64,000 nucleotides of DNA, from the NCBI GenBank assembly GCA_029717555.1, contig JAMDHS010000060.1, positions 1-64,000 of the forward strand. Reading direction: 5' to 3'. The position numbers were made by a program, and so were the translations under genes. Shown here one piece after another: positions 41,371 through 51,316 of the stretch (its first letter is position 1; each line of letters opens with the position of its first letter). A model generated the notes under the pieces. The model saw only the letters and a program-made list of their open reading frames with translations, made no database searches and was not told the origin of the DNA. Source of the stretch: Peribolospora baueri (Eukaryota).

Positions 41371-42837
41371 GCTGGCAGGCCCTCTGTCCAAGAAAAATTC
41401 GAGTGGCAAATGATGAGAAAGACGACGATGGATGAGAGAGGGAAGTAGTAAAACCTCGAGATCGACCCCCAGCCGATGCCAGAAGGTTGCGAAGGGTGCC
41501 GCAGTCTGCGCCACGTGCGCCATCGAGCCGCATTGAGGGCTGCTTGGCGGGGCCTGATATGATATGACGAAAGAGGTGTTGTCCCTGACCACCACCTCTA
41601 TCGGTGAATCCAGGTCAACCCGCCAAGGGCGTCGCGCGTTCGCCATGCCCTCTCAAGGGACTCTGCAGACGGAGCCGGCGGAGCGAGTAGAGGTCAAGGT
41701 CCTCTGTGAGCTGCGACCGGCAGCGCTGGGAGGCTTTTCGCACTGGGACCACGCTCATCGCAAACTGGCCCACTTTCCTTTCTGCGTCGTTCCTCTTCTC
41801 GGGTGGATGGGATATAGATTTTGCCAGCGCTCGAGATGTGCGTGCTTGTGTCGCATACCACACCGGATTGCGTCACTGACAGCGGGCACTTTCACTCCAT
41901 CTCCTATCTTCCGACTCACCACGTTCATAGGCCGCAAAGACAGACGAAGAGACCGTCAGCCTTCCGTATCCCAGTTCGCTTTCGCATCTGAAAAGGGTCC
42001 TGACGGAGAGACACGCTGACAAGGGCATTGAGAAAGTCTTCGCGGTTAGCCAGTGGAGTGTCGATCAGAGCCTGGTCGGTGGGTATCGGACGATCGTTCA
42101 TTCCGTCTCTGCTCCTCTCGCGCCGTTGTCTGTCAGCGAGAGGCAAAGAGGTGCCTTTCCAGGGACCATCATGCGGTGCTATGTGGTGCGACGCAACCAG
42201 ACACAGCCACAGACCTCCGCTCACTAACGCGCTTGTCCCTTCGTCCTGACTCCCCTAACACCCACCTGTCCCTCCCGCCTCGGCGCCCTACTTCTCATAA
42301 AGACCCAGAACAAGCGGCCGACGTCGTGCTGAAGGACCAGGCCGAGGTGGCCGTACTCCCTCCCGTTTCCGGCGGTTAATTCGCGCTGGATTGTCAACTA
42401 CATCGAACGAGCTTTTTGGAGTGGAACAGGATACGACGTTGGGAGGGGCTCTTTCGCCTATTTGGACGATGAGCTAGGCCAAATAGGGGGGGGGGGGGGG
42501 AGAGGTTTGGATGAACCGAGGATCAGACCTACTGAGATTCTCCTCGAGTTTGTCATTGTATGATTCGCGCGACTGCCTTTGGCGCGGCGCTTCCTTTCTG
42601 ATCACCTTTATTGTATGCTTTGCTTGAGCTCGCAACGCTCTGGTCCGTCTGAAGTTCGAGAGATGAAGGCTGGGCCTATTCTAGGAAACTGCCAGTCATC
42701 CACTGAGCGACCGGTCCAAATCCGTCGACCAGCTCATCAGAATAGGGTGAATTGTCAAGACGAGGCCCAAGACCGTCTATTTCCGTATCAATTTCCCTCC
42801 TCCGCCTTGAGACATCCTTTACCCCGCCCGACCCCAT

Positions 42838-44224
42838 CTACACCCTACAATTGCTTATGCTCAAGATGAGAATGTCACACGCGCCGACGGCCTCTAGGTT
42901 GTCCATGATGTCGGCGACCTTGTTCTTCTCCACCATCGAGCTAACCGCCACCCAGTCGCTATCGTCCAGCGGGCTCACCGTAGCAGCCCTCCTGCCTGGA
43001 GTGATTTTTACGGCAGACTCGAGCGCGTCTCGCCGGATGTTATAATTGCACATCACGTACTTGCCGGCCGCGATCACGCCGCGTATCCGAGCCGTGATGC
43101 GCGAGATCAGGTTAGGATCCACACTCGTTTTCGGCTTCGGACGGTTGGACCTGATGAGCACCGCTTGCGAGTCGAGGAGCGTGGCGATAGCGTGCAGGCC
43201 GGCTGCGCGCATCGTTTCTCCGGACTCTGCGCGGCGTTCGTGGGCAAAGGGAAATTGCTTCGTGTCTGAGAAAAATCAATTCTTTCGTCGCGAAGAAGGT
43301 GGTGCCATTACTCACCGACGAGGTCAACTAGGTTTGAACAATGAATCGGAGAGACAACGTCAACGGTTGCTTTCGACTAGAAGCGGCCAACCCACTCACC
43401 GATGCCGTCCGCGAGTCCAAGCGCACAGGCGGCCTCCACGCTCCCGCCCACGTACTCCACCACCGTCTTCTTGCCCTCCTTCCCCTTCTCGCTACCAAAC
43501 TTGCTCTCGTCCACCCGATCGAAGTACCGGCTGCTGAGCAGATCGAAGCTCGTCGCAATCTTTTTTCCCGCCAGGTCCTCCACCGTCTTGATATCCGACC
43601 GCTCTGGCACTTGAACCTGCAACTTGCACTTTCCAAAGCCAAGCTGAAGCTCCTCGGTGATGAGCTGGTTCACGTCCGCTTCGGCCACCATGTCTTGGCC
43701 GGTGATGCCGAGATCCACGTTGCCTTCTCCGACGAAACGGGGGATGTCGGCCGCGGGGAGGAAGACGCTGCACGGGGTAAATAGGAAAGACGGTGCGGTG
43801 AGCTTCGACACTCCCTTTTCAGAGCCGAGGTATGACGCCAAGGCGAAGCACGCACAGAGCCATCTGGTGATTCCGCACGAGACATACGTCCAGCCGGTGC
43901 GATCGGGTGAACTGGATATCAGCGCCTGCAGGACAATTGAGGGGGAAGGGGACGATCGAGCATTCGGAGTATAAGTTGATGGGAGCTTCCTCTGGGGCCA
44001 AACTACAAGATCCGACGACAAGCTCACCCGCCAAAAGCTCGAGGCATTTCTCGTACAGACGACCTGTTCATCAACCGACCAGACCACATCCATGAAGGAA
44101 GTTCCAAGGACTTCAGCGCCTGAGTCTCCCAAGCGTCCGCTCCTGGCCTTATCCTCCTCGGCTTACCCTTCTTGGGTATGGCAAACAGAAGCCTGTCCTT
44201 GAGGCTCTCGGTGAGAAGGTCCAT
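42838..44224 (-). CDS. HIS1: ATP phosphoribosyltransferase, 6 exons including a 12-nt exon at 43327-43316
   Basis: RLLFAIPKKGRL, LPAADIP.FVGEGNVDLGITG, GSVEAACALGLADGIVDLVESGETMRAAGL, ITPGRRAATVSPL. Confidence 0.97.
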
Positions 44225-44626
44225 GGCGCTCGAGTCAAGGGTAAAAAGGAGGGTGAGGAACTGAACGGCGGGAATGGAAAGGGAGGGTGATCCTTAGGAG
44301 ACTTGCCTGGGGAAGTCGAGTCGTTTCACTACCTGCGCGTCGGAAGAACCGAGCACCAACGGGCGGAGCTGACCGGAGAAAGGCGGAGGCAAGGCACGTG
44401 GGAACAGGCACGTGGACGGCTCGTACGAGGAATCTCACCGAAGGCGCACGGTGCAAGGTGCCTCGTCGATTCGGCCAGCCCGGGAGCCAGTGTTGATCCA
44501 AGTCCGCATCCACTAGCCATCGTCGGAAGAGCGCTCGAGCCGTCGTCTACCTCTTGTGGAATAAACGTCACATTATAGCCAAGTCTCTATTTCCATTTAT
44601 ATATGCATTCCATTCCCGCCTCCAGT

Positions 44627-46588
44627 CTATGCCCCGACGACGCCGTCCGTCTTCTGCACCAGATCTTCTCGCACCGCGCAGCCGGCCTCCCTCAAGTGGG
44701 CCTTGACATCGGCGATCGTCACCTCTTCGCGGTGGAAGATGCCCGCGGCAAGCGCGGCCTCCGGGCTCTCGGTACCTCGCCTCTGCTCCTCGGTTACACC
44801 AAACACTTCGGAGAAGTGTTCTGGCTTGCCGGCCCCAGACGATGCCACGACGGGGATCGAGGCCGAGCGCTTGACGAGGCCGATGAGCTGGAGGTCAAAG
44901 CCGGAGTTGGAGCCGTCCTTATCAATCGAATTGACCAGTAGCTCCCCCGCACCGAGCCGCTCAACGCCCTCAGCGAGCTGCACCACGTCCAGGTCGCGCG
45001 TCTCGCGCCCGCCCTTGATCGTGCACTGGTACCACCAGTGCCTGCCTTCGTCCGGCGTACCCGGCCGACCCGATATGAGTGAGCGCCGGTGCACGGGAGG
45101 ACAGTCGTCCGGAGAATCGAGATAGACGCGCTTGGGGTCGATGGACACGACGACCGCCTGGGCGCCGTACGCGGCAGAAATGGTTTCGATGCCCGTGGTG
45201 CCCGTCAACGCTGGCGCCCCCTTCGCTTCCCTCGCCAACATGTCCTCCACTGCCAGTACGGCATCGCCGCCAATGCTGACCTTGTCGGCCCCCGCGCGAA
45301 AGTACGCCTCGGCGACCTCGAGCGCCGATCGCTTGGTTCCGTCTGGGTCGACGGTGTCACGGATACCTCCGCCGATGCAGAGCGGCACGTAAATGTTGGC
45401 GGCCGCGTGCGACGTCACCGCGAGCATCGGTTGGTCATGTAGTGGGCAGGAGCGGAAAGAGGTGATGTTAAGGAGCACAATCTCGTCCGCGCCCGAAAGA
45501 TAATACCGCAGGGCGAGGTCAACGGGCTTGCCCAGGTTGCGGACGTTACGCTGGCCGGGCACGGAGGCGGTGGAGGTGGTGAGAGCGGACAAGCTTTCCC
45601 TTTCTCGTACGTCGTACTGGTCGCCTTTGGTGACAACCAGATCGCCATCATCGTTCGTCCGCACGTCCAAGCACGCCACGATCCGCTTGCGGAAGCCGTC
45701 AACGGGCTTGAGGAGCGCCTCCGCCTTGTGCGCCAGTGTCGGCGCCCGCGTGCTCACTGCACGCTCGTCCACCACGCCGCTCTGACTGAGCCAGGCGTGG
45801 AGCACGTTGAGGCCGGCTTGACCGCTCTTTTCCGGGTGGAACTGCGTGGCGAATACGTTTTCACGCTGAACGCTGGAGAGGAACAGCTCGCCCCCATACT
45901 GTGTCGTGCTGAGGGCCCACGGGGCATGTACGTCCGGGTCGTAGGCGACGCGGTAAGAGTGAACAAAGTAGTAGCTAGAAGCCTTTGTGAGTCCATACAC
46001 AACCGCCTCATCGCCGCCCTTAAGCAATCGCGCGTCGTTCCAGCCCATGTGAGGCACACTCTTGTGCCCCGCCGACATGGACGTGTCTTGCGCCGTAAAC
46101 TTGCCCACTCTGCCTGGAATAACGCCAAGGCCGGGAACTCCGGGAGACTCGTCGGAGCCTTCGAAGAGCGCTTGTAGGCCAATACAGATGCCCATGAACG
46201 GCTTGCCGGAGGCGATGTACGCCTTCAGCGACTCCGCGTACCCTTGCCGTCGGAGGGAGGTCAGCGCTTGGCCGAACGCGCCTACGCCGGGGAAGAGGAG
46301 TTTCTGGGGATGGAAGAGAGAGGTCCATTCGATTGCCATGAGTACGCGCAAACACAAAAACACACATCCCATCTACCCGTCCATCCTTTGCTCACGTCAG
46401 CCTTGTCCAAGTCCGACGGGTTCTTGACCCATTCGAACTCGAAGCCGAGCTTGCGAACCGAGTTGGCGAGGCTGCGGACGTCTGAGGACAGTGAACGGGG
46501 TTAGTTCCGCGTCCTTCCGGGCTGCGATGGGCCACGTCTAGAGCGCAGCACACTCACTGCCCGCGCCATAGTCGAGAATGTAAAGCAT
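44627..46588 (-). CDS. HIS7: Imidazole glycerol phosphate synthase (HisH-HisF fusion), 3 exons
   Basis: ILDYGAGNVRSLANS, FPGVG, GICIGLQ, QFHPEKSG, ACLDVRTNDDGDLVVTKGDQYDV, GADKVSIG, NSIDKDG. Confidence 0.97.
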
Positions 46589-47210
46589 CGTCCGTCGGTC
46601 GGTCCGTCGTCGTCGTCTTCTCGCCGTCCATCATGACTCTTTCGATCACCTTCGTGTCGACTGCGGCTAGTCGTTCGAATCAGTGAATGCTCACGTGCCG
46701 TCTCAGACGCGTACACGAGGAAGATCTTGGATTTCCACCGTCAGTGCTCGGCCAGCAACTCCTCTTATACAGTATCGGACATTACAGAACGTTGAAGAGC
46801 AAGGTGGGGGTGGGGGTGGGGAAGGAGGGCGGACAATATCTCTTACTTTTCCACCATCCCCCCACCAAGGACAAGCGCCCAGTGCAAAGCAGCTCGCCAA
46901 CTCAGCTGTGGCACAGGTGCGCCGACAAAGCAAGGAGAGCTTCGCCCGGAAGATGACGCCGGGGGGAGGGGGGGGCGAGGCGCGTGTAGTGTGAACGGCG
47001 TGATGGGAATGTGATCTTCACTGTTATCATGTTCACCATGTTGTCCGATTTACGATTCGTGTGCTTTGTGTGACGGAGCTGTGTGTCCTCTCGCAGAGCG
47101 AACAGACCGTCGTGCGAAGCTAGCCGCGATCAGTGACAGACAGCATGGAAAGAAGCACGTATTTCATACGTCTGTATATGATGATACTCTGTCCGTTTAT
47201 AAATTACGTT

Positions 47211-47296
47211 GGGAGAGTAGTGTAGTGGTTGCATGCGTCGTTTGGGAGTTTTTTCATGAATCGACGAGGTCGCGGGTTCAATCCCCGTCTCTCCCC
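47211..47296 (+). tRNA. tRNA-Pro(UGG) with a 14-nt intron (47247-47260)
   Basis: Acceptor stem GGGAGAG/CTCTCCC, A-box AGTGTAGTGG, anticodon arm CGTCG-TT-TGG-G^T-CGACG, B-box GGTTCAATCC, C73, downstream T5. Confidence 0.9.
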
Positions 47297-47796
47297 TTTT
47301 TGAGTTCGAATTGGACAGGCGCGCGTGGCTGCTTGCGTGGTAATTTTTCTTTTTTGACGTTGACAGCGCCACCCCGCGTCAAGAGATGTTGCCGCAGCCA
47401 GTAGGCAGACCAGGCAGGAGAGGCGCTCTCCCCTTTGTCTTCACATGCCTCTGGCAGGTAACGTTACAGGTCACCATCTGGTTGCGAGCAGTCTGTCTAG
47501 AGTACGTACGTGTCTAGACAGATGGCGACGACGACGACGACAGCGGCGATAAGGATCACGAAATGGAAACAGGAGCGGGGCCCTGAGCGAGCGAGGAGGG
47601 GAGCAAGCAGCACTGGCTATCTATCGCACGTGACGAGGTGTTTACGGACTCTCGCTCGCTCGCCTGTGTCGCCTCGTGGCGCGGAGGCAGCTCGGCGGCA
47701 AGGCGAGCCAAGTGGGAGCAAGTGATGTAGAATGTAGATCGTTAACAAGAGACGCACTCGAGTAACGACTAACGACGGCAGTTATGGCGTGGATAT

Positions 47797-47830
47797 GTGT
47801 GCTGTGTGCTGTGTGCTGTGTGCTGTGCTG
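47797..47830. repeat. (TGTGTGC)n short tandem repeat
   Basis: About four copies of the 7-mer followed by degenerate copies. Confidence 0.8.
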
Positions 47831-48640
47831 TATGCGAGTGCCGTCGCTCGCTCGGGCTAAGGCATAGATAGGCCGGCGCTGATAACATCACACTTGGCCA
47901 ACATCATCATCCGGCGGCCGCCAGTTGCGAGCCGACATCCCATCCCATCTCCTTCCCCGTCATCACTCTACATCGGGTCCAAAAGATCGTCCGCCTCGTC
48001 GGGTCCGCCGACCAGCCGGCAACGCAACGTAACCAACGCGTCCGACGAGCATCGACGTTTGTTGAAAGCAGATTCTACGCTCCCTTCCGGCGGCCAAAAC
48101 CCGCCCAGTGGGCGGCAGGCTCGCCTCCTTCTCCGCTCCACCCTCCCACCTCTTCTCATCTCATCTCATCTCATCTCTATCTCAGCTTCTCATTCCCATC
48201 CTGCCTTCTTCCCTTATCGCTCTCCAGCCCCTGCCCCTCCGCCATCTCTCTCCACCACCACACCCCGGCCAGGCACCTGGCTGACGTGCCTCCATTCGCA
48301 CCGCACTCAGCAGACCTTCTACGTACGTATCACACAGGCCAGACAGGCTCGCTTGCCTTCTTGACCAGGCTCGCTGGCTGAGCGAGCACCCGCCTTCTCT
48401 CCACCCTCCTTAGATCCTCGCCTCAACACCACCACCACCGACCTCCGGCGGCCCTTTGTCGCGTGCGCTTCCCTTTGTACCACCTTGCGCGCGATCACAC
48501 TGATCGACCGAGACAAACAAAACAAGCCCCGACCGAGACCGAGCCTTTGTCCCTCCTCCCCCCTTTCACACCAACGACGAGGACGCCGTCCGCGACGACG
48601 ACCCCACTACTAACCGCGGACCGGACCACCTCCTTCCGCC

Positions 48641-51316
48641 ATGGCCACCGAACTACTCTCGTCCCCCATGGGACCCCCAGCCAGTCGGTTGGACATCTTC
48701 CGCCCGCCCGACTCGCCCCTCTGCGTCGACTCGGAGCTGCCGCCAGACTTTGACGCCAGCTTCGGCTCGTCCATGTCCATCTCCTCCCTCGCCTCGGCCG
48801 CTCCTCCCGCCGCCGCCCCATCCTCCCTCAGCCAGGCCCTCAAGACGCCAGCAGAGGATAGGACCGCCGCTCGACATGCCTCTTTCCGGCCTGCCAAGCA
48901 CGCCGCCGGCGGCGATGAGAATGCTGCGCCGCCCAGCTCGCCGTACGCCATGGACATCTCCCCAGCGCCACAACTCGCAGAGGTCTCTGCGGGACCTGCA
49001 AGCGCGATGAAGACGGACTCGCCGATGGTAGCGTCCTCCTCTTCTTTCCTTGCCCGCTCCGGCGGCTTCGGCCGGGAGCTCTCCCTGAACGGTCGCTCTG
49101 CCACACACCCCGCTCCCTCAGCTTCCTCCGTCTTCGACTCGGAGCCGCCGCTCAAGAAGCGCCCGGGAACGCTTCCCATCGCCGCCGGCTTCGCCGCTCA
49201 AGGTCAGATCCGTCGGATGAGCGCCGGCGGCTCGGCCAGGTCCGGCGGTGAAGGCGGTGGCTTCGTCAAGCGTCCCAGTTTGTTTTCTAGCTTCACCACC
49301 GTCAAACCTCCGCCGGTGGCGCCCTCCCCCGCGTCACCCGCCGCCTCCCCCAACGCCTCCGGCAGTGGCCCGCGCCACCGCTCGTCAGAGCCCTCGCTGC
49401 CGACGCTCAAGTCGGTCGGCAAGTCATCGCGCTCCTCCAAGCGGCCTTCCTCCTCCAGCTCGTCCGACTTTGGCCAAGCTGACGATGGCATGGACGTCGA
49501 CTCGCCCGCGGCACGCTTCCTCGGCCAGCAGCCAGAGACCATCCTCGAGTCGCCTCCCGCCGTCGAAGAGGAGCCGGAGGGGGATGCGGCGCTGGGAAGC
49601 TACTTCTTCGATCCCGTCTCGCCTGATCCGGTATCTCGTCAGATCAGACGCAAGCCCTCGCTCCTCTCGCCTGGCAACCTCTCCTCGTCCCCCATGTCGT
49701 CCCCCTCCAACCGCGTCCTCCCGCCTCGCGCATTCGAAAAGGCTAAATCGATGGGCAACGCCCTCCAATCTCAATCTCAAGTTGGTCTCGGCCCCAAGCG
49801 GTCTTCTCTTGGCAAGCGCTCTAACCCTTACACCCGCCGTCCGCCGCTGCAGACGCTCGGCCTGCAGAGTGCCTACCCCATTCTGAACGGTGGTGGTGGC
49901 GACGCCACCACGAACGAGCTGCGTCAGTGCGCGCCTCAGCCTCGCCGGGCTTTGTCCGTTGCCGACGCGGCCGGCGCGGGCGGCCGGTTTCGTCGAAGTC
50001 ACGGCCTTCACCTCTCCGACGACTTGTCTGGATCTCCCGGGTCGAAGCCCAGGGGCGGACTCAAGTCCAGACTCAAGGGCAAGGCGACCTTGTCGCCCGG
50101 CTCGCACAGCCACGACGAAGAGAGCAGCGAAGACGAGGACGACGACGAGGTGGACGATGAAGAAGACGAGGAGAGGATCACCCACGCCGGCCTTTCGCCT
50201 CCCATCGGCAGCTCGCCCTACGGCTCCGAGGGCCTCCCCGGTTTCGGGGCGTCCGAAATGCGAGGCAAGGTGCTTCCGTGCTTCAGCGTCAAAGACGACG
50301 GCTTGATGCGGATCAAGGCCCAGACGCTCCGGGCTCTTCTCGAGGGCGAATACGACGACCGGGTGGAGGACTATCACATCGTTGACTGCCGGTTCGCGTA
50401 CGAGTACCAGGGAGGCCACGTCCAGCGGGCGATCAACCTGTCCACCATGGACAAGGTCAAGTCCTGGTTCCTCACTCCCGGAGACGGCCTGCACGCCGGA
50501 GGTAAGCCTCTCCCCCTGCGCTCGCAGAGCGGCAAGCCAGACGTGGCGGGCAAGATTAAAAAGTCCGTGCTCGTCTTCCATTGCGAGTTCTCCGCCAAGC
50601 GGGCGCCGTCCATGGCCCTCCACCTCCGCCAGGCGGACCGGATGCTCGCGCACGACTACCCCAACTGCCACTTCCCCGAGGTCTACGTCCTCCAAGGTGG
50701 CTACTCTGAGTTTTTCCGCTCCTACCCCGAGGCGTGCGAGCCGCGAGGTTATGTGCGCATGGACGATCCCAAGTTCCAGCATACGCGCAACCAGGACCTC
50801 AACGGCTTCCGGAGGCAGTTCAACAGGCACCGCTCCTTCACTTTTGGTGACACCCTCGCCGCCATGTGTGAGCAGCAGAACCATCAAAACTGCAACGGTA
50901 CTTCCGCTTGCGGCGCGTCCGGCGGCGGGCCCGGCCCGGAAGTGGCGGCGCCGACGAGAACGGGAGTCGGCGGCGGCGGAGGAGGGAGCAAGGCGAGCGC
51001 GTTCGGGCTGTCCGGCGTCGCTGGTGGCGGCAGCGTCGGCGGTCGAGCCGCGACGACGATCCGCGAGGAGGACAGCGCGACGGAAGACTCGCCATCCGCA
51101 CCGCATCACCACCCTTCCCGGCCGGCGGGCCGGCTAGGCGCGACGACGTCGTCGTGCCTGCTCCCGAGCCTCGGCAGCACGGGCGACGTGAGCGGCGCCG
51201 ACTCGTCCTTCGAGGGCCCCTCTGGCGACTCGCCGTGCGCCGCCGCTTCCAAGAGGCCCCTCAGCCTGCTCGATCGCACTTCTTCCTCTTCCCGACCCGT
51301 CCGCGTGCACAGCTGA
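48641..51316 (+). CDS. CDC25: Cdc25/Mih1 M-phase inducer phosphatase, 891 aa, single coding exon
   Basis: Rhodanese-like domain LPCF.VKDDGLMRI, IVDCRFAYEYQGGH, active site HCEFSAKRAP, PEVYVLQGGY; S/P-rich N-terminus (symbol refers to the S. pombe/metazoan phosphatase). Confidence 0.95.
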   Translation: MATELLSSPMGPPASRLDIFRPPDSPLCVDSELPPDFDASFGSSMSISSLASAAPPAAAPSSLSQALKTPAEDRTAARHASFRPAKHAAGGDENAAPPSSPYAMDISPAPQLAEVSAGPASAMKTDSPMVASSSSFLARSGGFGRELSLNGRSATHPAPSASSVFDSEPPLKKRPGTLPIAAGFAAQGQIRRMSAGGSARSGGEGGGFVKRPSLFSSFTTVKPPPVAPSPASPAASPNASGSGPRHRSSEPSLPTLKSVGKSSRSSKRPSSSSSSDFGQADDGMDVDSPAARFLGQQPETILESPPAVEEEPEGDAALGSYFFDPVSPDPVSRQIRRKPSLLSPGNLSSSPMSSPSNRVLPPRAFEKAKSMGNALQSQSQVGLGPKRSSLGKRSNPYTRRPPLQTLGLQSAYPILNGGGGDATTNELRQCAPQPRRALSVADAAGAGGRFRRSHGLHLSDDLSGSPGSKPRGGLKSRLKGKATLSPGSHSHDEESSEDEDDDEVDDEEDEERITHAGLSPPIGSSPYGSEGLPGFGASEMRGKVLPCFSVKDDGLMRIKAQTLRALLEGEYDDRVEDYHIVDCRFAYEYQGGHVQRAINLSTMDKVKSWFLTPGDGLHAGGKPLPLRSQSGKPDVAGKIKKSVLVFHCEFSAKRAPSMALHLRQADRMLAHDYPNCHFPEVYVLQGGYSEFFRSYPEACEPRGYVRMDDPKFQHTRNQDLNGFRRQFNRHRSFTFGDTLAAMCEQQNHQNCNGTSACGASGGGPGPEVAAPTRTGVGGGGGGSKASAFGLSGVAGGGSVGGRAATTIREEDSATEDSPSAPHHHPSRPAGRLGATTSSCLLPSLGSTGDVSGADSSFEGPSGDSPCAAASKRPLSLLDRTSSSSRPVRVHS

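Noticed and set aside
42486..42500. Long G homopolymer and other simple repeats such as (TTC)n 5037-5063 and (AAAAG)n 19035-19059
   Set aside because: Ordinary microsatellites in UTR, intron or intergenic DNA
47236..47266. Possibility that the tRNA next to HIS7-HIS1 is tRNA-His
   Set aside because: Anticodon reads TGG with G37 and C73, which is Pro, not GTG
49424..51112. 562-aa antisense ORF, and similar long antisense ORFs such as 1229-2149
   Set aside because: Shadow frames of GC3-biased genes on the opposite strand; no recognisable motifs
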